DNA from: Thermodesulfobacteriota bacterium
GTDB taxonomy: Bacteria; Desulfobacterota; Desulfarculia; JACQYL01
Direction: 5' to 3'
NCBI GenBank assembly: GCA_963675595.2
Contig: CAXXLZ010000002.1
Location: 1-64,000, forward strand
DNA length: 64,000 nucleotides
Part shown: piece by piece, positions 1 through 8,951 of the stretch
Layout of the letters: each line of letters begins with the position of its first letter
Position numbering within the stretch: the stretch's first letter is position 1
Notes under the pieces: model-generated
Databases searched by the model: none
Seen by the model: only the letters and a program-made list of their open reading frames with translations
What the model was told of the DNA's origin: nothing
Translations under genes and position numbers: made by a program

Positions 1-164
1 ACACGGACTCCCACAACCCGTTGGAGAAACACCGCCACGGAAAGATAGAATCCGATCAGCACAACGGCCCAAACCACCGGTGTGCGCCGTCCGGTCCAGC
101 TTCCCTCACTTGCCTGGTAATACGGCCCCTCTTTCGGGATATCAGGTTCGGGGTCCGTTCCCAT
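1..164 (-). CDS. N-terminus of a membrane protein, truncated by the window edge (MGTDPEPDIPKEGPYYQASEGSWTGRRTPVVWAVVLIGFYLSVAVFLQRVVGV...)
   Basis: Manual translation; GAGGAG RBS 6 nt upstream of ATG at 164; hydrophobic helix; frame open to the edge. Not in the ORF track. Confidence 0.5.
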   Translation of the reverse strand, partial: MGTDPEPDIPKEGPYYQASEGSWTGRRTPVVWAVVLIGFYLSVAVFLQRVVGVR

Positions 165-278
165 CGGTTACTCCTCGCATGGGTTTCATCCTCCTCTTGG
201 GCTGCCGACCCACGACCTGGACTACTGAGTTCAAGCACGCTGTCACCGATGAACGATTACATTTCACTGCGTCCTTGG

Positions 279-716
279 CAGCCCGTTGAAAAGGTATGTA
301 TTCACGGGGGAGGACTTTCGAGAAAGTCCTCCCCCGAACCCCCTCACAAAGCAGGTTGGACAGGCCTCACCGCCTTCGGCGGAGAGGCTGAGGCGGAAAT
401 AGGTCTCCTCGCGGGACTCCAACCTTCCCTACATCTGCTGAATCGGCAAAGATGCTCCCAAGTTCGGCTTCGTCCCGGAAGGGACGGGACTCCGTTTCGC
501 CTTTGCGAATCACCTACGGAATTCGCAAAACGAGCAGCATGTGCCGTTCAACGTACTAAAATACTGCAAGTTTTTAGGAGGGAGCCCGAGGGAACCCTTT
601 TTTCAAAAAGGGCTCCCTCGGATACCCCTCTGAACGGATACTTGAAAGAACCCGGTTCACGGGTTGGTGAAAAACGATGAACCGCAACGCCGCGGGTCGC
701 GTTTTTCAACGGCCTG
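279..716. repeat. Composite miniature element: CAGCCCGTTGAAAA...TTTTTCAACGGCCTG MITE containing a nested GTA...TAC-ended palindromic element (294-641)
   Basis: Outer TIRs match the 33522-33673 element. Inner ends GTATGTATTCACGGGGG / CCCCTCTGAACGGATAC are flanked by TTGAAAAG / TTGAAAGA. Palindromes at 306-335 and 586-621. Confidence 0.8.
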
Positions 717-795
717 GTGGGATCCCTTGTGCTCGGCTTCGCGATGTCAGGGTATGACCGCTTTCAGGTAAACACGGTGAACACACGATAAGCCT

Positions 796-1139
796 TCACC
801 GGTACAATCTTCCAACAGCAATCATGATGTAAACAAACAACATCAGTTTCATGAAGTAGCCGGACAGCATCAAGGTCAACACCAAACCAAGTCCGGCGGA
901 ATCCGAACCATATTTTTCAGGCCGTTTCCTTGTCATTCTGTATGACAGATAGTGACTCGCGCCGGATATCACATACATGACCGTCCATATTGTTATGATT
1001 TCATACTTGTCTTTGGCGTCGAACTTGCCGGGTGGTGCAAATTTAAACCCACTAACAAAACCAATAGGCCGATACCCATCATCGCAGATAAATAGATGAG
1101 ACTATTTCTGAGCGTTCTTGCTCTTGTGGGCTCATTCAT
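796..1139 (-). pseudogene. Small multi-TM membrane protein, apparently frameshifted near 1065
   Basis: ATG 1139 with AGGAG RBS gives MNEPTRARTLRNSLIYLSAMMGIGL; a shifted frame continues GFVSGFKFAPPGKF...WTVMYVISG...LYR* and includes the 796-978 ORF. Confidence 0.45.
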
Positions 1140-1188
1140 TAACCGGGCGCTCCTAAGGCGACGTATCCGTCGTACCGGTTTTCAGCAG

Positions 1189-1299
1189 CTATTTGATCAA
1201 CGGAAAAAACCTCGGACCCAACAAAGCTACAATCAATCCCACGACAAAATGAATTAGAGAAAGGATCAGCATCACATAGGCTTCTTTTTTGAAATTCAT
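1189..1299 (-). CDS. 36-aa single-TM hydrophobic peptide (MNFKKEAYVMLILSLIHFVVGLIVALLGPRFFPLIK)
   Basis: GAGGAGG RBS 5 nt upstream of ATG; co-oriented between two membrane-protein genes; below the ORF-track cutoff. Confidence 0.5.
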   Translation of the reverse strand: MNFKKEAYVMLILSLIHFVVGLIVALLGPRFFPLIK

Positions 1300-1383
1300 A
1301 AAGGCCTCCTCGTCGCCCATGTTCCTTTCTTGAGGTCCATTGTTGCTGAAAAACATGGCTCCGCTCTATTGGAAGCGATAGAC

Positions 1384-2187
1384 TTAGTAGTAATCGGGAA
1401 AAAACGAGAAATTCACCACGGCATTGCAGCAGATCGGCGCAATGAGTCCGTCGAATCGGTAGAACAAAGCGCCGAGAGAAAGTTGAAACAAGAAGACAAA
1501 TATCAGGTAGGCGGCGGCCGCTCCGTCGGCATAGTAGATTTTCACTGTTGATCCCGTCATGAAAAGGGTATGTATCGCGGCCTGTATGAAAACCGCGACA
1601 ATTATCCTGCATCTCTTTCGAATGTAGGCTGCAATCAAACCCCTATCATAAATTTCCAATTCAATGGGCAACGCCATGAACCTCAATACAAGGTGAAGGA
1701 CCAACTGAAATCCCACGAGACTCGCAAACGGTTTGTGCAATTGAGCGTGCCATATCAGCCTCATATCCCGCCAAAAGGGAACGATTCCCACAAGCACGAT
1801 CAACACGAAAGAGATCAGCAATCCCGTTAGGACTTGTTCTTTTACGCTCGTATTTCCTTTTCTCATGCCCAGAGCGGCGAAGCCCACGTGATACCGTTTG
1901 TTCATCCGGAGGTAGGGTAAGGCGAAGCCTACGCAGTAGTTGTAAATAATGAAGATGGAGTACTGCACAGTGCCTTGATCCACCAGCTTCCGAGAGAACA
2001 GCAGGGGAACGATGAAAAGAACGAAACCAACCAGATGTACAAAAACGATGTCCCAGATCCGCCAGGGGACTTTTTCATACGACGGCCTAAGCGACGCCGC
2101 TGCCTCTCTCCCGCAAACAACACTGACGGCCGAATTGGAAGAAGGCCCGTTTCCGGCCGGTGGGGGCGTCTCGGGTGAATCTCTCAC
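1384..2187 (-). CDS. CPBP/Abi (CAAX protease-like) intramembrane protein with degenerate catalytic motifs
   Basis: Multi-TM; PW-x3-D N-terminal motif; PIELEIYDRG (EExxxR-like); GLIAPICCNAVVN (HxxxN-like). GTG start with GGAGG RBS chosen; ORF extends to 2223. Confidence 0.7.
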   Translation of the reverse strand: MRDSPETPPPAGNGPSSNSAVSVVCGREAAASLRPSYEKVPWRIWDIVFVHLVGFVLFIVPLLFSRKLVDQGTVQYSIFIIYNYCVGFALPYLRMNKRYHVGFAALGMRKGNTSVKEQVLTGLLISFVLIVLVGIVPFWRDMRLIWHAQLHKPFASLVGFQLVLHLVLRFMALPIELEIYDRGLIAAYIRKRCRIIVAVFIQAAIHTLFMTGSTVKIYYADGAAAAYLIFVFLFQLSLGALFYRFDGLIAPICCNAVVNFSFFPDYY

Positions 2188-2626
2188 ATGGCCTCCGTGC
2201 GGAAAAAAGGACTCACCCAGCACCTGCGCCGTGAGCGGGCCCTTTCGGCGCGACGGACCTCGGAATCCCTACATGCGCCGAATCTATTGCATTACATCCG
2301 AAGCAAAAAGAGCGGTCTCAGGATACCCATTCGAACTCTATTCCATATCTATTAGGGATTCTTAGCTTCTATCAGGCATATCCCGTGTTTCCATTGGATC
2401 CTAATATTTCCCTTCATGTCAAGTTCATTTGTCTTGCCTTTTTGCCCTATTTTTGACGGTTTCTATTCCGCTCCTTCCCGGCTTCGACTGTATTACAATG
2501 GAAGCACCATCCGCGCGGGACTCGCGCGAAGGACGGACTCCCCAAGCAAAGTCGTTTACGAATCACCAACGACGCGTCACAGCGGAGGCAAGAAGACGGA
2601 ATCTTTCAGGGGAAGGACTCTTCCAT

Positions 2627-3119
2627 GTTCGAATTCACAGGGTAACCGGGAAACCACGAAGCACGGGGGTACAGCGGAGAAGGCGGGCCTTCGTGAGCCT
2701 TCAGAGGGGCATCCGAGGGAACCCTTTTTGGGAAAAGGGTTCCCTCGGGCTCCTTCCGAAAAACTTTAAGCATTTTAATATATTGTAGGGCACATACTGT
2801 TCGTTTTGCGAATTCTTCAGGCGATTCGCAAGATGGAAACGGAGGTCCGCTCCTTCCGGGACGTTGCCGAACTTGGGAACCTCTTCGCCGATTCAGCAGA
2901 TGTAAGAAGCCTTGGGAATGAGTGAGAAAACCGGATTTCTTCCTCAGCCTCACCGCCTTCTGCGGAGAGGCTCCTTTGATGACGGACCCGGTTGCCTATT
3001 CAGTGTAACGCCCGACCTCGGTTGCGACGCGCCGGCGAGCAACACGCTCAAAATGTTTGGGAAAGGGTCCGGAAAAACCTTTTTCAAAAGGTTGTCCGGG
3101 ATACCCTCTGAATGGACAC
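2627..3119. repeat. Modular palindromic miniature element; about 2700-2960 is an inverted copy of about 365-635
   Basis: Ends GTTCGAATTCACAGGG / CCCTCTGAATGGACAC; palindrome at 2713-2748; the shadow translations of ORFs 21-680 and 2606-2953 align. Confidence 0.8.
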
Positions 3120-3131
3120 ATCTTTTCGATG

Positions 3132-4043
3132 TCACTCGGTCGAGTCTTCCATCAAACGGTCCGGGTCATGCTCCGGTTGCGGGGATTCGGACAACACCTT
3201 GATCGTACCGGAAGCGCATTCGGCCAGAAAACCCTCCAAACCGTCCAGATACACTCTACCGGACGAGAGAAACCCTTCATTGTGGGAGCCCCGGATTTCC
3301 AAGAGCCGTTTGGGGGCACCGGCCGCCTCGTAGATTCGTTGGGCGTGTCGGTAGGGAATGATCTCATCGTCCCGACTATGGACGACCAGGACCGGACACC
3401 GGATTGCCTGCATTAATGACAGGGTGTTGTATTGAAGTCGGCTGAGAAGGCGCACCGGCAAAAAACGGTACAGGTCGGCCGCCAAGTCCGGAATCGAGGC
3501 AAAGGTCGCCTCCAGAATGAGACCGGCCGGTGTTTTCTCACTTGCCAGGCGAGCAGCAATCGCTCCCCCCAGGGATCGCCCGAAACACACGATCTTGGAC
3601 GGGTCCGCGCCCCTGTCTCGAACCAGGTGATCCCAGGCCCCTTGGGCGTCCAGATAGGTTCCCTCTTCCGACGGTTTGCCTTCGCTTGATCCGTAACCCC
3701 GATAATCGAAAATGAAGACGCTCCATCGCAGGTGATGAAACAGGGCGATGGAATCCAGTCGATGAGAGATATTCCCCGCGTTGCCGTGATGAAACAGGAT
3801 CACGCCGTGGGCGTTCTCCGCGGGGATAAACCACCCGGACAACCGGACTCCGTCCATGGAGCGAAACACCACGCCGTCGTAATCCAGGCCGATATGCTCA
3901 GGGGAGTGCACGATCTTGGAATCGGGAAAGTAGAGCATTCGGGACTGAAACACGTAGACCAGCAGGGCGAGGCCCGCATATCCCGCCAAAAACAGCGCCA
4001 CCAGGAAGGCCGCCGCGCGCAGCAGATTGAATTCTCCCGGCAT
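3132..4043 (-). CDS. Alpha/beta hydrolase with N-terminal membrane anchor (ABHD13/17-like)
   Basis: HGNAGN, DYRGYG, GRSLG nucleophile elbow, HSRDDE, GSHN catalytic His. Confidence 0.92.
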   Translation of the reverse strand: MPGEFNLLRAAAFLVALFLAGYAGLALLVYVFQSRMLYFPDSKIVHSPEHIGLDYDGVVFRSMDGVRLSGWFIPAENAHGVILFHHGNAGNISHRLDSIALFHHLRWSVFIFDYRGYGSSEGKPSEEGTYLDAQGAWDHLVRDRGADPSKIVCFGRSLGGAIAARLASEKTPAGLILEATFASIPDLAADLYRFLPVRLLSRLQYNTLSLMQAIRCPVLVVHSRDDEIIPYRHAQRIYEAAGAPKRLLEIRGSHNEGFLSSGRVYLDGLEGFLAECASGTIKVLSESPQPEHDPDRLMEDSTE

Positions 4044-4048
4044 CTTGT

Positions 4049-4277
4049 CAGCCCGTCGGAAAACTCGAGGGTTCTATTCGCGGGGTGGGCGGGGAAACCT
4101 TTCAAAAAAAGGTTTCCCCGGACCCCATCCAAAACTTTTTGAGCGGGTTGCTCGCTTCCGCGTCGCAACCTGGGTGAGCGGCACTTAGGAGACCGATTGC
4201 CGGACGCGTACACGGAAGCACACCGCAGCAACGAGAGATGAAGTGCAACGCCGCACATCGCGTTTTTCAACGGCTTG
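4049..4277. repeat. Composite miniature element (degenerate MITE TIRs plus palindromic module)
   Basis: CAGCCCGTCGGAAAA...TTTTTCAACGGCTTG; palindrome at 4090-4120; aligns with 33404-33690. Confidence 0.75.
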
Positions 4278-5578
4278 TTATGCCCCCCCGCCCCATAAGC
4301 GCTAACTTAAGCATTGTTTGCTATGCTTCTTTCCGTCTGAGGAATCAGCCGCTGAAGTGCTCGTTTCCTTGGCGGTTCTCGCAAATAAAAAGATATGTTA
4401 TCCCAGCCGGCAATGCATTCGGCCAAGCCGAGTTTAGGGTTCACGGCTTGTTTCAGCAGGTGTAACATAAACATGGTCTCTCTCCAGAAGCATCGATTTC
4501 TACGGTGGTTCTTTTTGGAGTGGGTATCCCCAGGGAAAAAAAGATTCGCCTGCGGCGATCATGGCCTCCACTAAGAAAGCCACCAGTAGTTTCCCATGGA
4601 TCCAGGCCTTGGCTCCTTCGATGTCGGTCTTTCTAAGATGGCCTAAACCGAGAATGGACTTTAGACGCTTGAAAGCGAGTTCAATTTGCCATCGACCTCG
4701 GTACATCTCGAGGACCTGAGAGGGCGAGATTTCACGGCCCAATGTTGTGAAAACAAATATGTAGGCCGCCGCTTCGAGGGTGTCCGGAGTAACTTGGCGA
4801 CCTTTTTTCCTCGCCTCTTTTTCTATCGCTTTACGAGCTTTTTCAGTGGCGTCTTTGCTCTTCTTGATGGCACAGATTCTACCTGGAACCAAGCGTTGTT
4901 CAAATGGAACGAATGCATCCCACTCGCCAAGCTTATTTACACGTAACGTCCTTAGATGAGGGAGTAATTGGAATCGTTCCCCTTGCTTGTCCACCATGGC
5001 GACACGGTGTTTCATTCGAACCAGGACGTCGCCGCCGTTGTCTATGACATGGTGAATTCCTCTTGGTGTGCAATAGGCTCTATCCGCTACAAGAAGTTCA
5101 CCGCCATGGACTTTGAAATTGGTGAAGGATTCTCCGATCTTGGGGTCTGTTACATAGACTTCGTCGCAGCGCAGCGAAGGCAATTGTATGGAATAATGGA
5201 CCCTCCAAGTCGTTCCGGTACTTCCAGGTTCTTGAATGGTGGAGGCATCGATCAACCTGATGCGTGAATTCTCTCCAAAAACAACGGCGGGCAGCTTTCG
5301 AAACCATTTCTCCATGACCCCTAAGGCCATCCACCGAAACCACTCTCCGCATTTATTCAGTCGTTTTAGGAGAGCTACGTCGGAAATCGACGTAATGTTG
5401 CCGAACCTGGCTTTGGCCGCCGTCAGCCGAAGTGAGCAACCTTCCGCCAGATGGATCAGAAGCGTTCGCAACAGACCTTCGGCGTCCACGAACTTACGGT
5501 ATCTGACAACGGCACCAAGTTCCCTTGCTTTGGATTGCCAGCCATCGGGAAGAAAACCCTGGAGAACTTCCCAGTCTT

Positions 5579-7454
5579 GATGCCGTCGTAAGAACCCCCC
5601 TTTACGAACAGGGCTGTTTTTTGGAGCATTGGAAGTTCAAGCGGCCATTGCAACACTGCCAAGGTTACTGTCATCGTGACATAGGCTACAAAGACGACGG
5701 AAATTATCGTTGCTGCCTCCCTCTATCGAGTTGGAAAGGGCCTTCTTGGCCTTATCAAGGCGGCTCTGGACGAACCTCTTGATGTTGATGGCCAGGGCCT
5801 TCATGAAAACAGATAAGGTGACCCGTTTTTTGCCTCGGGTCCACGATCGTTTCAATCCCGTGACCCGATCCGCTTCGGAGATGGTGGCCTCGATGCCGGA
5901 CCGGATTTTGTAGCGTTCTTTGAAATCATGGCTTTCCTGCTGTAGTCTGCGCTTGGAGGTCGCCATGTCCTTGCGCTTGTACTTCAGTCGATAATTTCCG
6001 CCCTTGATCCGTTTTACCGGACAGATGGGGAGAAATTCGCATAGGAGACAGTGCTCGCGGGAAAACACGGCTTCCACCGCTTTGCCGCGGTCAACGATCT
6101 TGCATTCAAGTGGCGCGTGCCCCCGGATACAGTAAACGACCTGGGTGCAGTCCTCGTTCGTTTCAAAGTCACTCAACTGCATCTTATTGAGATCCGGCGC
6201 TTTTCCGCAAGTCACCGGAGCGGTAAGCTCGACTCCGTGCTCGTGAGCTTGAAGGATGTTCTCGCCGCTGCCGTAGCCTGCGTCGGCGAACAACTCTTCG
6301 GGTTTGCGGCCCGTTTCCTCCAGGCGTTCGATAACGGGCATCACGTCTTTCTGGTCGCTGTCATAGGAAGGGGCCACGTCCACATCGGTGATCACCTGGA
6401 AGGGATTTTCCTTCACGCAGGTCTCCGTGAGGGAAGCCTTATATCCTTTGCCCTTGCGCCCATAGGTGGCGTCGGGATCCGAAGGATTCTGCAGGGAGTC
6501 CGCAGGGATTTCCTTGGGCTTCTCGAGTTCTGTTTTGTCGGGATCTCCCTCGGTGAAACGGCATTGCTCCGACAGTAGTCGGGCCATCAGCCGGTATTCT
6601 TTCATTCGGCTGATTTCCGGATGACCTCGGAAGCGGTCCACCAGGTCGGCGAGATGGCGGGCGGACTTGTCCAGACGACGCTTGGCCCGCGATGATTTTG
6701 CATCGGCAAAATAGCCTGCGCGCTTCAAGTAGGCCTTGTCGTAAAGTCGGGGCAGTTTCTCATACAACTTGGGATGTTTCTTATGGAGCCGTTTCAAGAA
6801 CGCCTCGATGGTGCGCGTAAAGAGCCCCAGACGGCTCAGATGAGCCATGTTGGAAGTGATCTGTGTGGAGTCCAACCGCTGTTTGTCCGTGCTAAGGGCC
6901 GCCGTCTCGATGATGGCGTCCGTGATTCCGGTAAAGAGGCTCCGCGCTTGCTTGTTGTCGGTAATCAAGGTCCGGAAATTGTGCAGGGTCTTCTGGCAGA
7001 CGTGAGATTCAAAGGCGTTGATGTTGAAGGCATATTGCCAACGCAGATCGAAGTCCAGAGCGCCCAAGACTTCCGCATCGGTCAGGCTGTTCATTTCCTT
7101 CAAAACACACGCTCCGACAAGGATGGCCACGGGTCTGTTGGGCCTGCCGTTGTCCTCACAGTAGAAAGGCCGGAAAGACTCCTCATCGATCATGGGAAGC
7201 ACCAGGCGCCGGAACGGACCGGCCCACGTCTTCTCCAACGCCTCGATCCTGTCTGCGGGAAGGCAAATATCGTGGTCGAAAATGGTCTTTTGCGTTCTCT
7301 TAGGCCGAAACAAAACAACCCCCCTAAGGACCATATTATTAATCAAGTCAGATACTTATCATACAGGACCCAAAAGAAAGGTCAACCCATAAATGCCATT
7401 TTTATTCATATTTTCAACTAGATACCTTTACGGAGAGGTTTTTACGAACTCATC
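5579..7454 (-). mobile_element. Nested IS (IS1182/ISNCY-like), 1876 bp
   Basis: Imperfect TIR GATGCCGTCGTAAGAACC / GATGAGTTCGTAAAAACC; 6-bp TSD AGTCTT (5573-5578 / 7455-7460). Confidence 0.9.
5637..7313 (-). CDS. DDE transposase (DUF772-like N-terminus, DDE_Tnp_1_6-like C-terminus)
   Basis: DNGRP, RLDSTQ, PSDPDATY, ADAGY, CxxC zinc motif, YKIRSGIEAT; probable TTG start at 7313. Confidence 0.9.
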   Translation of the reverse strand: MFRPKRTQKTIFDHDICLPADRIEALEKTWAGPFRRLVLPMIDEESFRPFYCEDNGRPNRPVAILVGACVLKEMNSLTDAEVLGALDFDLRWQYAFNINAFESHVCQKTLHNFRTLITDNKQARSLFTGITDAIIETAALSTDKQRLDSTQITSNMAHLSRLGLFTRTIEAFLKRLHKKHPKLYEKLPRLYDKAYLKRAGYFADAKSSRAKRRLDKSARHLADLVDRFRGHPEISRMKEYRLMARLLSEQCRFTEGDPDKTELEKPKEIPADSLQNPSDPDATYGRKGKGYKASLTETCVKENPFQVITDVDVAPSYDSDQKDVMPVIERLEETGRKPEELFADAGYGSGENILQAHEHGVELTAPVTCGKAPDLNKMQLSDFETNEDCTQVVYCIRGHAPLECKIVDRGKAVEAVFSREHCLLCEFLPICPVKRIKGGNYRLKYKRKDMATSKRRLQQESHDFKERYKIRSGIEATISEADRVTGLKRSWTRGKKRVTLSVFMKALAINIKRFVQSRLDKAKKALSNSIEGGSNDNFRRLCSLCHDDSNLGSVAMAA

Positions 7455-7643
7455 AGTCTTCCATTTCCTCGGAAAAAACGAGACGCTCCATTGCCACCTC
7501 CTTTGGCGGCAACGGTACCATAAACCTCACCAAAACAAAAGGCTTAAGTTAGCGCTTATGCCCCCCCGCCCTCGCGAGCACTCATCGCCCTCCCGAAAGC
7601 CCTTCTTGGAGGACCCTCTTTCAGTTCGCCTGCACATTTCTTC

Positions 7644-7671
7644 TTGACACGAGGAGGACAATAGGCGTAAT
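7644..7671 (+). promoter_or_regulatory. Candidate sigma70 promoter for the leader/aroA'B' operon
   Basis: TTGACA-N16-CGTAAT upstream of the leader ORF. Confidence 0.45.
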
Positions 7672-7713
7672 GGACCTACCATCTTCCAAATCCATTTTAG
7701 GACGGTTCGAAAC

Positions 7714-7788
7714 GTGAATCAATCCAGGCGCTTTTACTTTTATTTTTATTATTACTTCGTTCACGGGGGTGGACTGCCTGCGGATTGA
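7714..7788 (+). CDS. Attenuator leader peptide MNQSRRFYFYFYYYFVHGGGLPAD
   Basis: GTG start after AGGA; nine consecutive Phe/Tyr codons; followed by an intrinsic terminator and aromatic-biosynthesis genes. Confidence 0.88.
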   Translation: MNQSRRFYFYFYYYFVHGGGLPAD

Positions 7789-7811
7789 TCCATAGTCGTT
7801 TGTCTTGACTT

Positions 7812-7850
7812 AAGAGCCGTGGGCACCCCGCCCACGGCTTTTTTGCTTTT
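7812..7850 (+). terminator. Attenuator (rho-independent) terminator
   Basis: AGCCGTGGGC-ACCCC-GCCCACGGCT stem-loop followed by TTTTTGCTTTT, about 40 nt upstream of the aroA' start. Confidence 0.9.
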
Positions 7851-7889
7851 TGCAGCGCTCTTTTCAACGCGAAAACAAAAGGAGACGAC

Positions 7890-8690
7890 ATGATCGGGAA
7901 GGAAATCAGACTGGAACGTTTCATGAACCGAAAGACGGGAAGAAGCGTGCTGGTGCCCATGGACCACGGAGTCAGCGTGGGACCCATTCACGGCATCACG
8001 GACATGAAGCAGGCCATGAGCCAGGTGGCCGACGGCGGCGCCAACGGAGTGGTGGTTCACAAGGGAGTGGTGGCTCGCGGTCACCGGAAGAGCGGACCCG
8101 ACATGGGGCTTATCCTGCACCTTTCGGCCAGCACCTCCCTTTCTCCGGAACCCAACGCCAAGACCCTTGTGGCCACGGTGGAAGAAGCCATCAAATTGGG
8201 GGCCGACGGAGTCTCCGTTCACGTGAACATCGGCGACGGCAGAGAGAAGGAAATGCTGGCCGATTTCGGGTTTGTGGCGAGGATCGCCGCGGAATGGGGC
8301 ATGCCGCTTCTGGCCATGGTCTATCCGAGAGGAGAAAAGATTTCCAACGAATACGACTTGGAAGTGGTCCAGCACTGCGCACGCCTGGGGGCGGAACTGG
8401 GGGCGGACGTGGTCAAGGTTTCCTACACCGGAACACCCGAAACATTCAGCAAAGTGGTGGAAGGCTGCCACATCCCGGTCATCATCGCCGGAGGTCCCAA
8501 GATGGAATCCGAACGGGCCGTTTTCGAAATGGTCAAAGACGCCATCGATGCGGGAGCCGCCGGAACGTCCATCGGCCGAAACGTGTTCCAGCACAAAGAC
8601 CCGACCAAGATCGTCAAAGCCTTGTGCAAGCTGGTCCATGAAAACGCGAGCGTCGAAGAAGCCATGGAAATCACCAACGGCGGGGCTTAG
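7890..8690 (+). CDS. 2-amino-3,7-dideoxy-D-threo-hept-6-ulosonate synthase (class I DhnA-type aldolase, AroA')
   Basis: [20 protein letters not shown] (Schiff-base Lys), AGGPK, GRNVFQ; adjacent to DHQ synthase II. Confidence 0.9.
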   Translation: MIGKEIRLERFMNRKTGRSVLVPMDHGVSVGPIHGITDMKQAMSQVADGGANGVVVHKGVVARGHRKSGPDMGLILHLSASTSLSPEPNAKTLVATVEEAIKLGADGVSVHVNIGDGREKEMLADFGFVARIAAEWGMPLLAMVYPRGEKISNEYDLEVVQHCARLGAELGADVVKVSYTGTPETFSKVVEGCHIPVIIAGGPKMESERAVFEMVKDAIDAGAAGTSIGRNVFQHKDPTKIVKALCKLVHENASVEEAMEITNGGA

Positions 8691-8951
8691 CACCCGGTTA
8701 CGAAACGTCCGGTCATCGGGTGACGACCCTGCGTGCATGCGAGTGACCTCCAAGCCTCCTCATGATTCATTTTCCACGGTCCGGCCGTGTTTCACGGTCC
8801 GGGGGGAGGAGCCGGAGGCGCTTCTTGGGGAAGGGCCCGCGGTACTGTGAAATCGGCCGGCCGGACACCGATGATTCATTGAAGAATCCCTTCCCCGGGC
8901 GGGCCCTTGGCTCCGGTTCGTCCCGGTCCAACAACCTGCGGGAGTATTCGA

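Larger units (their letters stand above)
4500..7491 (-). pseudogene. IS4-family DDE transposase interrupted at about codon 12 by the nested IS
   Basis: DAS...DRAY...YRGRWQIELAFKRLK (YREK-type) motifs. Removing 5579-7454 and one TSD gives MERLVFSEEMEDWEVLQGFLPDGW..., with an AGGAGGT RBS. Confidence 0.9.
4294..7560 (-). mobile_element. IS4-family insertion sequence carrying a nested IS
   Basis: Perfect 19-bp TIR CATAAGCGCTAACTTAAGC (4294-4312 / 7542-7560); 11-bp TSD CCCCCCCGCCC (4283-4293 / 7561-7571). Confidence 0.95.

Noticed and set aside
21-680. 219-aa ORF, and similar ORFs at 2606-2953, 3800-4270 and 33393-33746
   Set aside because: Translations of the non-coding repeat family; their mutual similarity reflects DNA repeats.
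7670-7717. 15-codon uORF MDLPSSKSILGRFET overlapping the leader start
   Set aside because: Its RBS and ATG lie within the predicted promoter, so it is probably not transcribed; no regulatory codons.
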